A DNA stretch of 64,000 nucleotides from Atractiella rhizophila (Eukaryota): the NCBI GenBank assembly GCA_021432655.1, contig MU271365.1, positions 1 to 64,000 on the forward strand, read 5' to 3'. A program made the translations under genes and the position numbers. Under the pieces are notes generated by a model that saw only the letters and a program-made list of their open reading frames with translations, was not told where the DNA came from and did no database searches. This document shows, piece by piece, positions 36,847 through 51,225 of the stretch. Every line of letters begins with the position of its first letter. The first letter of the stretch is position 1.

Positions 36847-39800
36847 TTAGTAGTCGTCCAAGTAACATTCTTCGAAGGTGAGCGGCTCGAAAACCTTAAC
36901 GCCATCGCCACATTAATACAGGAGGGGTTGCGCAAGAGAAAAGACATACGTAACCAGCACCACCGTAGAACTTGTTGTTGAACTCCACCCAATGCAACCT
37001 GAGTGCGTGCAGGAAGGCAGAAAGACCCTCCATAACAATCAAGATCGCCACTTTTTACAAGGAACAATTCAGCCACGCCACAGGTGGAAATAGTAATGGC
37101 TGAAGAGCGGAGTACGAACCTGTGAGGCCGAACCACATGCCAAATCCAACGACGGAAATGATGATGCCAAGCGGACCGTTGACAAAGAAGACCTTGGAGA
37201 CGGTCATTTCCCACAGAACTTCAGAGAGCTGCGCATGAGCAAGAGAAAGAGCCCAGAGACGCAAGTAAGATGCCGTGTTGGAGATACAGCCAAGGCAGAA
37301 TTCGACTGTCAAACAGCTCAGATTCCGTGCAAGAGTATAGAAGTGAGGACGCACTGGTATGAATGGCCTGGTGAATACAGATCTCTCCAAAGTCAAACTC
37401 CTCCTCATCATGTCCTCCTGCAGCATGTCCATTCGCGCCGTTGGGCTCCCCATGCGCATCTTCATCGTCGTCGTCGTCGTCCTGTGCACTCGCAGGTCCC
37501 TGTCCAACAGCTTGATATCCTTGTGCTTTAATGGCATGGTGCTCCTTCCAGAGGATGTACGGCTTCGCGCACAACATCCAAGGAACACAGACGGCGGCGA
37601 GAAGTAAGAGGAAGACTTGAAGTGCCGCTTGACCCGAGTATAATTGTTCGTCTGGATTAACGTTACCAGGAGAGAGGAACATGTAGATGAGGAGTTGGAG
37701 AAGAGATGGAGGCGAGATAGGCTGAGTAGACCAGTCGGTGGCCCACTTGTAGATGATGAGGACAACAAGATATCTTTAAACCAAAGTCATCAAAAGCGTT
37801 CATGCTTAGAAGGATAGGTAGAGGTAGAGAAAGCATACCCAAATATGCTCTGCATGAACAAGAACTGGGGCAACCACTCAGCCCAAATTCCCCACGAATG
37901 TTTGAAGTGGATAAAGTTGGGGATCTGGAGGCAAATGGCGAAAGACATGTGAACGACACCGAAAATGATGGACATTTTCATCTTGAGCGAGTTGGCGAAG
38001 AGCAAATAGTTGTCTGCTCCATGCCACAGATGGTCCATTCCGAAAGGATAGGTATAACCAGGAACCTTGATCGCTTCCACTGGTCCCTCGCCGTGGTGCT
38101 CAGGCCAGACCCACTGGGATTCGGAGAAGGGAAGGGTGAGAGAGAAGATATCGTTGTAAAGCAGACCGGTCCAAATGGAGAACAGCTAAGGCATCCAGTC
38201 AAACTCAGCCGGCTGTGGACTTGAGGGAGAGCATCATACTTACACCCATGAGGATAATGATATACCTTCCGTAGAAGGGCTGGTCCAACAATTCATTACC
38301 GAATCCACGAGGGAACCTCTTCTCAACCAGAATCATAGCAGCGGCAGCAAGGAACATGAGGAAACCGTGTCCGATATCACCAAACATGACAGCGAAGAGG
38401 AAGGGGAAGGTGATAACCGTGAAGAGACCCGGATTGATTTCGCCGTAGGTCGCCATCCCGTAGGCATCGATCAAAGCCTATTCCTCCCCCCTGAGCATTC
38501 CAATTTCTCCAAAGGAAGGCAGAACAAACCTGATACCCCTCTGTAAACTTGTTCGTCCGATGATATGTCGGGGGCTCCTTCGCATACGGAATCTCATGCA
38601 AAATGGGCTGGACGCCAGTCCCAGTTCCCTCTGTAGCTCTCCTCAACGCTTCCTTGACGAGTGGGAGATCTCGCTTTGGAACCCAACCCTCGGCGCGCAT
38701 CATCCGTCTCCCCTCGTCCTTCTTCCACAAAAACTGATACCCCTCTGTAAACTTGTTCGTCCGATGATATGTCGGCGGCTCCTTCGCGTAGGGAATCTCA
38801 TGCAAAATGGGCTGGACGCCAGTCCCAGTTCCCTCTGTGGCTCTCCTCAACGCTTCCTTGACGAGTGGGAGGTCTCGCTTTGGAACCCAACCCTCAGCGC
38901 GCATCATCCGTCTCCCCTCGTCCTTCTTCCACAAATTCAGGGTCGCAAAGATCAACTTCTCCTTCTTCACGGCCGCCCACCAAGCCGAGATCTGCTCTGA
39001 AATCTTGACCAATTCGACACGGCGAGTTTGGTCGGTTTGGTACAAGACGGTGGAGAGATCCTCGATGCGTGAGGTGATTTCGACGAGCTTTCCCTGTCGC
39101 TTGGAGGCGCTCGAATCAATGGGGTAGAGCGTGGCACCCAGAGCAGAAGAGATCTTTCGAATCTTGGCGACGAGTTCGGAGCCGTGTGCAAAGATGATGA
39201 AGACGTTTTTCTTGACCACCTTTTCATTATCACCCTTGCTTGCGGCAGGGTCGTCGATGTTGGAATCAATCTACCCATTGATAAGGCTCAACTTCCTCAA
39301 AGGAATAAGGAAAAGCTGACCTCCGTCCAGTTCATGTAGAGATTCCCGCGGAGGACTCTCCAGAGTACCCGCTCAAACGTTTCCATCCTTTCTCTATCGA
39401 TGGTTCCGGCAACGAATCTTGACAACATTTCTATCAACCTTTGGAACCCGGAAAGCAGAAAAAAAAATACACACTCGATGTCCATCCCTCCTAATTCTCC
39501 GCCTCGTTCTTCATCACTCCCACCACCCAACAATCGTTCCCTCTCTCCCTCCCCTCTTTCATCCTCAAAAGAAGATCTCATTTCCTCTCTCCTCCCTTCC
39601 GCCTCTTTGAAGAAAACGCCTGTCTCCCTCAAGACTCCTCTAGCCTCCTCCAACTCCCTTCTCTTCTTCACGAGGGCATCATAGCTTTTCTCCATCTCTC
39701 CAATCCTCACCTCCAAATCAGAAAGCTTCCCAAATAGCTCGTTTGTCATGTGTTGAGTCGAAGGATACGAGGAATGGAGATAGGAAGTTTGGGAGAACGG

Positions 39801-40216
39801 TCGAATGGGGATGTTGAGCGCATGCAGTTGCGACGTGAGAAAGCGCAGACGACGCTCAGATTCGTCCAGCTTGCGGATGTCGGAGACATAGATTCGCTGG
39901 AAAGCATTGATATCTGGGTTGAGCTGCACAAACACACCTCAGTTCCGTGTCTAACACCAAACCCTCCGTTTCGTCGTGAATAAGAGGCTCACATCTTTGA
40001 ATTGGATTTTATTTAGTTCTCCTAGCTCAGAGACCGTTGCGTGTGCAATCTCAGAGGGCACATAGAGCTGTATGTCACAAACCTCGTCAGTCACAAAGGT
40101 ATGTGCTGGGCCAGGAGGCTGCGTACCTGCACCAGTGACATTTCCTCCGAACCTGAAAAGACCATTAGCGAAGGACATATTTCTGGGAGAGACCTACGGA
40201 GGAGTGTCTTTGACAT
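36847..40216 (-). CDS. VPH1: V-type H+-ATPase V0 subunit a
   Basis: [100 protein letters not shown]. Confidence 0.97.
38530..38935 (-). repeat. In-frame tandem duplication with 204-nt period (68 codons) inside VPH1
   Basis: 38530-38731 vs 38734-38935; six substitutions, identical translations. Confidence 0.97.
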
Positions 40217-41022
40217 GGTGGAGAAGTAGTGATTAGGAACAGTAAAGGGGAAGTGATTGTGGATTGTGTGGAAGTGGAAGTAAGGGGCTCAAAGCACTAC
40301 CTTAGGGGGACGACTTTGCCGGTGGCCGGGGTGCAGGAATGATTGCATGCCTCAGTAAATGGAGAGGATGTAAGGTACAGGGAAATTATACAGGGTTCTC
40401 GTCAAGGAGTACTGAACTGGGTGCGCAAACCAATTCGTATCTCTCTTTTCTTCACTGCCGTCTCTCTCTTGACCAAAGCACCTTTGGATAATGTCTTTGT
40501 GGCAAGACCATAAAGAATTCTAAAGTCAAGAGATTGCAACGTGTTCATGAGCCCACCGGAGGAAAGCAAGGCAGACACAAAGAAGCTGGCCAACGAGTGT
40601 TGTTGTAAAGATGCAGTGACTGTTTCAATGATGGAAGATACAGTAAAATACACTACCCAATTTTAGATTTTGACAGGTGACTTACTTCGTGAAGCGACAT
40701 GATCAACAAACGTGCACCAATATCAGTCAGTTGAATTACAATCATTGAAGTGTGCAAGGTCATTAATCGTTCACCTTTGTAGCAGGTCCGACATGGACCT
40801 CCCCTTTGAGATCGAACGTGTCTGAACGTTAGCCCATCAGTGCTGCATGTTGTCCATGGAGACCGAAGAATGCATGAATTGCAACACGCATTGAAGCAGA
40901 TAGATAGATGATACCCATTTGGACTGGCAAATACAAGGCAGTTGCAAAAAGCAGGTGTAAAATGAGAGGACGGCTCAGGGAAGTCGAATTGGCTTCCAGC
41001 TTTTGGACGCATCGAGTTATGC

Positions 41023-42819
41023 ATGGCTCTCGCAAAATCTTCTGTCGACATAAAAGAAATCGAAAAAGCACCTCTCTTTGTGACATCCATTAAATCCCAT
41101 AGCTCCACGGACAGCTCTCCAACTGTCCGGTCCGAGCTTCCTGTCTCTGCCTCTCCGGCTCCAGCGACTCGAAGCTTAGGTTTATCGTTCCACTTGATCG
41201 TCTCAGCCTTTCTCGCAGGTTTAGCCTTTGCTGTCGGGCACATAGTTTTCTACTCCAAACTTGACGGCAAGGCGACTTCAAGCCATCAGCCCAGTTACAT
41301 GATAAGTCAAGATGTTGCCATTTCAATCGGGACGGCCTTTGCGTGTCTAGTGAAAACCTGTTGTACGACCTGTATTGGAGTTGCCTTTGCTCAAATTGCA
41401 TGGTGGACATCACGAAGGAAGGATATGTCCATCGAAGGGCTCGACGCCTTATTTTCTGCTCCTCGCTCTGTGCTCAGCTTCCTGTCGCTGGACCTTTGGA
41501 CGACTGGCGGAATCGCTGTCTTTATCGCGCTCCTCAGCTGGTGTCTTCCTGCTCTGACGATCGCAGCACCGGGTAGCCTCACTGTCCATCTTCAAGCCCA
41601 AACTCATTCTTTCCCATGTGAAGTCCCTGCTCTTGGAATGAACACCCCAGGAAATTGGTTCATCTGTGAGTGCCACGTATACCTCGAACGAGACATTGAT
41701 TGACATTGTACATGACTACCAGACTCGGATAAAGGCTATGGCGGATCGACTCACAAAATGCGGCGGATTGTCAGTGCTGTTCTCGCGGGAGGGCAATACT
41801 TGCAATCTCCCATCCCGGAAACATGCGGACCAAACTGCTCTTACGCTCTTGAAGCGTACGTTCCAGCATGGAGCTGCTCACTGCAAGAATTTGAGGATTG
41901 GAACGACGGCTTTGCAAGTCCTGAGCGTCGCTGGAAGGCCCGAACGCGGGGCATAGCGATGAGTCGTCCTGAAAACGGGTTAACAACCGTTGATGATACC
42001 TTTCATACCGCAAGCTATGGTCGCGATCTGGTAGCTGCTGCGTGGTCTTACGACAACGACGACTATGCCTCATCCCAAAATTTCAGCTGTCTGGCGTACA
42101 ATTCTTCCTTCAAATTCGCCGTCGATTTCCAAAACGGTTTCGGGACCACAAAATTGTCACTACTCGACAAGGGGCAACCTTTCACCTCCTCTGAGTACAA
42201 CGAATGCTTTGATGGGCGGGCGAATGAAGTTGCAACCACCATCCCAAGCATTTGCAATACAGCAAGCTATCAAGCTGTTTTTGACGCAGTCTATAGACTC
42301 CTCGACGGCAGTTTAACATCTAATACAAATACATTAAATTTGTGGTCCGAATCCGCCGCAGGGACTCCAACCCTTGGTGTACTTGAAAGCTCCCTCGCCA
42401 CGTTTGACATCACCTCCGTGGACGACGTGCGGCTCAATTGGGTACGAAACCTGCCCGAAGCGCTAGAGTCTCTTATGCAAAACATCACGATCTCGATGCT
42501 GTCTGCAAGCGCGGCGACACAAATGACGGAGTGCACGCGTGACGACCTGATTAACGTGTTCAAAAACAAAACCTGGAGATTGATCGCCATTTACGCCCCA
42601 GCATTGCTCCTCACTTTCCTTTGCGGTCTCTTTGGCATCTGGACGATGTTGCAGAACAATTTCACGGCCGATCTGGGATTCAAAAGCTTTTTTCTTTCGA
42701 CCAGAGATCCTTCTCTGAGTAACATGGACGTCACGAGAGAAGGTTGGGCGAAGAAAACTCGTTTGAAAGCTTGGAGGAAGGATGGACGCGACTTCACCAT
42801 GTTTTATCATGCTCAATGA
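41023..42819 (+). CDS. Conserved fungal multi-pass membrane protein of unknown function
   Basis: FAVGHIVFYSKLDG, SIGTAFACLVK, AFAQIAWWT, GLDALFS, APGSLTV; intron 41666-41722; CGPNCSY; SLMQNITISML; C-terminal TM helix. Confidence 0.8.
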
Positions 42820-44309
42820 CGCTCCTTTATTAGTGCTGCTTCCGTTCATTCCATGTCCAAAACAGTAGAACTGCTATGGAGAGTTCAATCAGCAAACCAC
42901 ATAGTTCGTTTTATTTTCGAGCTGCGGCTAAGCGAAAGTGGCTTGCTTTGCACACATTGCTCCATACTCTAACGGCAAGACCCCTCTGAGGTAAGAGGCT
43001 GTACATTCCATCATTGTGTTATTTGCGGAATCAGAGGTCGCAGGAAAGAACAGGAGTGTCTGCAGCAGCTTGATCGACTTTCATGTCGTGCTCCCATCGT
43101 CATCCTCAGACTCAAAACCAATCGCTCACCGATTAGATCCTTTGTGTCACTATGTCGGCCTCTTCTTCCCTCTCCTCCATTCACTCCCCTCCACTCTCTT
43201 TCACAACGGTCAATCTCCCCAAATGAAGCATACCATGGATTGTCATATGTAACTCGAATGGAATGGAATGAAACACAAGTCCTCTCGCTCCACCTCTACG
43301 CCTCCGTAATCTCCCTCAGACGTCTGACCGTACTGTTATCCCCAAACCCAATCAGAATGTTCTGCCGTAGAGCGAAGGAAGTAAGCCAGCGAACCTCCTA
43401 ACTGTCGCAGCAGCGGTGGTAGCCACGGTCCATGCACCTCCAGCAACCGTCTTCTTACAAGCCCTGCACTTCCAAATTCCCACCGCTTCTCGCTTGACGG
43501 TGTCCTGTTCCATCCGTCAACAAATCTGTCTAGATATCCTACGCAGTGGAAGGACAGACTTTGCCACAGAAAGCGCAAGTGTAACGAGAGTGCTGAGTGA
43601 TCTCCATCTTCTTGATCTGCTTTCTTAGAGAGGCACCATAACGAGTACCGTATTTTCCAGTCACTCCGACTTTTCGTGTGCGTTTCGTCTAGCCCACAAT
43701 CCTCAGCCTATTCCACATGAAGCACTATCGACATAGCTCACCATTTTGGAGAGGAGAAGGTCGAGAGGGAGACAGTACCTACGATGTCGAAAGTGAAAAA
43801 CAGAGAGCCACAGACAGTTTGTGTCCGAAGGCCGACTCACAACCTTACGCACATTCGGAGCTTCTTCTCCGACTTCGGCTGGGCAGACGTAAGTTTCTCC
43901 TGTGCAAGTCTGTCTGTAAACTGACAAACGACGACGCAAGGGTTTACGGATCAGACGCAGATATCTCACGCTTACGATTCACTTTTCTTTCATCCAGGCC
44001 AGGAGTGAGCTGAGCTTTCTGGCGTAGTTTTATTGGGTGGGTTTGTAGGTAAGCACTATTTTCAGGAGGTGATGAGGATGGGACAAGTGGAATCCCAAGA
44101 ATCCGGGACTTTTTGCTTTCCGAGTTCTTTGATGTCTTCTGTCACCTTCAGAAGAAGCGGCCATCGAACTCCTGGTGATGCGGAGGGCTCTCGTAGAGGA
44201 GAGCACGCAGTCGGAGTCTTAGAAGAGACATTGCATCATCTTAGCATCGCTAACGGACATTCATTAAAGGCTGTCACAGTGCCTTCTTTTTATTACCAGA
44301 ATAATCACC

Positions 44310-47300
44310 ATGTCTCGTCCACCTCGATCCCAACCCCCTCCCTCGCTCTCGTCCACCTCTCAGCGTCCAGAGCGCGAAACACGGCCAGCCTTACAAACGA
44401 ATCCAAATGCGACATCCTCCCTCTACGCACCTTCCACCATCGCACCCTCCTACGCATCTCCCACCGCATACGAAGACTCCAAATCGCTAATATACGATGA
44501 GTCCCCTTCCCTCGCTCCTCGCGGTGTCCAATTCGCACCTCAAGTTCCTTACCTCCCACCTTCTGGCGCAAATGCTATGGCGACCGGGTTCTCCGGCGCT
44601 GGTGCGGCGGCGGCTGGAATGTCGAGGAAAAAGAGCCTTTCGAGACCGGATAGGGAGAGGATGGACCCTAATCACCGTTTGTACAACTATCGACAACATG
44701 CGGCCATCATGGAGGACGCAGGAGTGGGGAGGAGTGCCGCAACCGCGACTGGCGCGGCACCGAATACGCTGGGATTGAGGAGAGGGAAGAGTGTACTAGG
44801 GAGAGAGGAAGGGAGGGTAGAAGAGAGCGGATTGAGCTTGTTTAGAGGAGCGACGTTGAGGAAGAAAGGTCCTGGGGCGGTTCCGGCCGGCGGTAAGAGA
44901 AGGGTGAGGGAGGAAAGGAAACCTATCAGTCCATGGATGTGGTATGTCAATGCGGCTACGTTCTGCTTTCCAACCTTCTTCCTTAAGAGCATGGGTGAGT
45001 TCTTTGACTCCTTCTGGTAGCTAGGTTAATGAAGTGAACGTTGTAGGCTTGAAAACGAAAGAACGGCGATCGGCGTGGAGGGAGAAGACTGCGCTCCTGT
45101 TTATCATCCTCCTCCTTATGGCTGGAGTAGGATTTATCACCTTTGGCTTCACACAAACAGTCTGCGGCAAACCACCTCCGCGCTTTCGAACCGGCTCGGT
45201 TGATTCAGGTTCGATGATCTACCACGGGTACGACTACGACTTTAACCAGTTCAAGCACCCTGCTGCCCCCGGAATAGACGAAGGCGTGAACCCAGTCTAC
45301 TCGGATTTTAACGCGGGTGGAATGGATGGCAGCTTTCTCTTTCAGAAAGTCAACCAGCATTGTCGTGGTATTATTACTCCGGCTGTTAACACGGGCATTC
45401 CTCATGATGGGGAGAACATGGCATGGTACTTCCCTTGCAACCTGTTCCCTCAATATGGCACAAGGACGTTCGACAAGACCGGTTACACGGAGGGAACGCT
45501 TTGTCATACCCAAAACGATGCGCGGCAGCAGTTCGCAGCCCTCAAGTCGTCAGGCCCAGTCTACTATACTTGGAGTGACGTGAAGAATAAGACGAGAAAC
45601 TTGGGAGTATACGAACAGTTAGTTTTTCTCTCAGTCTTTCGGGCATGTGAACTGAGAAAGGTATCTATAGGAACGTCCTTGACTTCGACCTCCTCAATTG
45701 GCTTGATGTCAGTCAAGTCACCGTACCACCAATCTTCGGCTGGCTCGCTGCCAGGAACGAATCTTATCAACGAAAAGACGTCACGATGCCCTTCGTGCGG
45801 GACGAAATGAAAAATATCGCCAACTGCCTCTCCGACGTGATTCGTGTGGGTTTCATTGACTCGAAGACCATTGGATGCGTGGCGGCGGACGTCGTCCTCT
45901 ACCTTGGATTGGTCTTCATCATCGGTGTGGTCGCTATCAAATTTGGAATGGCCGTCCTTTTTGGTTGGTTCTTGAGTTGGAAGCTTGGTGCTTTTGAAAA
46001 GGAGTCTTATGAGGAGAGGAGAAAGAGAGCGGCGGCCGTAGAGGATTGGACCGATGATATCTATCGCCCTGCTCCCGCGAGGTATCGACCCAATGCGAAG
46101 GATAAGAAAAAGACTTTCCTGCCTGAACGATCGAGATTTACGCCGGCGAAGAGTGATGGAGCCAATGGGATGCATAGCGTGAACGCGAGGAAGAGCGTTT
46201 ATTCCATCATGGGGGATACCAATACCAAGAGCGTCTATTCCGACTTGGACCTCAAACCTCCTGTTCTGGGAGGAGGAATGAGGAACTCGCCACCTTCGAG
46301 CCCCGGAAGCGCGTTAGGTGCCAATGGCGGCAGTGCTAGTTCAGTAGCATTGAGTAAGGGGGATTCGAGGAGGTCAAGCCTTTCACTGGAACAGAGCGGC
46401 ATCATGGGTTCCTGCCCTTTCCCACTCTACAACGTCGTCCCTCAACCTCCAAAAGATTATCAACCGTTCAACTTTCCTCTCGCCCACACTATCTGCCTCG
46501 TCACTGCGTACTCCGAAAGCGTGGAAGGACTTCGAACCACGCTTGATTCTCTCGCGACAACAGACTTCCCGAACAGTCACAAACTCATCCTTGTCATTTG
46601 CGATGGAATGGTGAAGGGAAGCGGAAACAAGATGACGACCCCTGAAATTGTCCTGACCATGATGAAGGAATTTGTCGTTCCAAAAGACGAGGTGGAGGCT
46701 CACAGTTATGTCGCTATCGCAGACGGACACAAGAAGCACAACATGGCCAAGGTCTACGCCGGCTTTTACGACTATGACAATGGCACAGTAGAGCGAAATA
46801 AGCAGCAAAGAGTACCGATAGTTCTTGTCGCGAAGTGCGGCAATCCTCTGGAGGCACACGAGGCGAAGCCAGGAAATCGTGGAAAACGAGACTCACAAGT
46901 GCTCCTCATGACCTTCCTCCAGCGAGTGATGTTCGATGAGCGAATGACGAGGTTCGAATACGAGTTCTTCAACTCCATTTGGCGCTGCACTGGCGTCAGT
47001 CCGGATCATTATCAGCTCATTTTGATGGTGGATGCCGATACCAAGGTGTTTCCGGATTCGTTGACAAGGATGGTGGCTTGCATGGTTAAGGATGTGGAGA
47101 TTATGGGACTGTGCGGAGAGACCAAGATTGCCAACAAGACGGAGACGTGGGTGACTATGATTCAAGGTTCGTCCTTGTCCCAAGACCTGAGGGTAGGTAT
47201 TGATTGAAGATTGCAGTTTTTGAGTACTACATTTCTCACCACCAGACGAAAGCGTTCGAATCAATGTTTGGAGGAGTAACTTGTCTACCAGGTTGTTTCA

Positions 47301-48798
47301 GCATGTTCAGAATCAAGGCTCCCAAAGGAGGAGAAGGTTACTGGGTTCCCATCCTTGCCAATCCCGACATCGTCGAACATTACTCCGAAAACGTCGTCGA
47401 TACCCTGCACAAGAAGAATCTGCTCCTCCTGGGCGAAGATCGTTATCTGACAACCCTCATGCTCAAGACCTTCCCCAAGCGCAAGATGATGTTCTGTCCC
47501 CAAGCCGTCTGCAAGACCATCGTTCCGGATACGTTCAGAGTCCTTCTCTCCCAGCGACGACGGTGGATTAACTCAACAATCCACAATTTGTTCGAACTCG
47601 TTCTCGTCAGGGATCTCTGCGGAACTTTTTGCTTCTCCATGCAGTTCGTCGTCGGTATGGAACTCGCTGGTACCCTCGTCCTTCCTGCCGCTATCTCCTT
47701 TACCATCTATCTCTTGGTCATTACCGCCATCCCTGGAACCACGAAGCCAATCATACCTCTCATTCTTCTAGGTATCATTCTGGGATTACCTGGTTTGCTC
47801 ATTGTTGTAACCTCCCGCAAGATTGCCTGTGAGTGTTTTCTTCATGTCTCCATCGATGTGGTGTTGATCGGAATTTAGACGTTGGCTGGATGGTGATCTA
47901 TCTCCTCTCGCTTCCTGTTTGGAACTTTATCCTCCCTGCCTATGCATACTTCCGAATGGACGATTTCTCATGGGGTCAAACCAGGGCTGTCGAGGGGGAG
48001 AAAAAGAAAGGTGGCTCGCATGGCGACAAGGAGGGAGAATTTGACTCGAGCAATATCGTCATGAAGCGGTGGGCAGAGTTCGAGCGTGATCGACGATACA
48101 GGACAGGAACAGTGTCTCGCGTTGACTCTACCTACGACGTTCTCCACACCAGTGGAACCCCCCGTTCCCAGCGCTATTCTGTTGCTTCTGAGACTTCCAC
48201 CAATGATGTTTTCTTCCGAACCGGTTCAGCAGGTTCAGCGCTACCGCAAGGTCCACCAAGTTCACAGTCTTTCCATCAAGTCGAATCGCTTGAAAATCTA
48301 CCCCTTCGTCGACGGCAAGACACCGTTCCTGTGCTTGAACTTCCTGCCCCCCTGGCCGCAGGAATGCCCGGAAACAAGGAAACCCATCGCGCCTCCCGAT
48401 CTTACACCTACGATTCTGGTACTCCTTCTCGAGACACTATGAGTGAGACTCACTCCAACATTTCTTCGGGACACCAGCGTCGTCACCATTCTTATTACGA
48501 ATCTGAGGACGGTACGGAGTCTCAGCGGATCCTCAGACCGTCTGCCGTTCAACGAGACTCCTCGGATGAAGTACCATCGATGAGCAGCCATGGAAATCAC
48601 GCGGAAAGTTCAAGACATTCCAACGCAGCGAAGTATCAAGGCGTTTCTTTAAGGGATGACGGACCAGTATCTGGGAACGAGGGAATGAGGGTCGTGGAGA
48701 GACCGAAGAAGAGACAGTCGAGTGTGGGAGCGCCGTCAAGTCGCAGGCAGAGCAGAGCGTTCACGGAATCACCTCTTCCTCCTCCTCCAAAGCGGTAG
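44310..48798 (+). CDS. CHS3: Chitin synthase, class IV (GT2; Chs3-like)
   Basis: [73 protein letters not shown]; no myosin motor domain. Confidence 0.95.
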
Positions 48799-49315
48799 CC
48801 GCTGAAAGATGCGGAACGAAATTGGTTAATTGAATGAGTGGACTCTTCGATTTGGTAGTCTATCTTTGAAGGACTCTTCTTGTTGTCGTTTGAGCCATTC
48901 TAACTCTAACAACCTTCTTACATATGTGTGCTCAAAATTTCAGTCTAGATTGTGATGACAACAACCATTCGACTAATTTCTATTCCTTTTCATCGCTTTT
49001 TATGGACCACTATTGTAGAATCGTCACTTAATTACTTTGCTCCTCGTTTATGCCATAGTTCCACTTCCTTTCAGTTCATCGCGGCCCTTTCCCTGCCAGC
49101 CCTCTGTACTATCAGTTGGGAGTGGTATGCCTGTCATTGTCTTCTTCCCTGACCAACAAATGGAGCTTAGAACATTAAATGCATGCGTGCCCAAAGCAAC
49201 TGCGATAATTCAAGCACAAGTTTTCATGGAGTCTGACGGTGATAATGGTACAAAATCCAACAATGTACACGATACCATTAGCATCTTTTTCTCCTCAAGC
49301 TGCAACCTCAGCTCC

Positions 49316-51032
<1,717 letters not shown>

Positions 51033-51225
51033 AATGGTTGGTTGATTGAATCAAGTCACTCGTACAAATCGACCAACAAAAACGACAACGACTTCCACAG
51101 TGGCTTTCCTTCGAAGGGCCTTGCGTCTCTACTCACCACATCTATTACGAAGTCCAAGTCCAAGCCCGTGCCCTTACGTACGGCCTGATGCCAGCATTCT
51201 GAGCCAACGATTTCCGACTCTCTCC

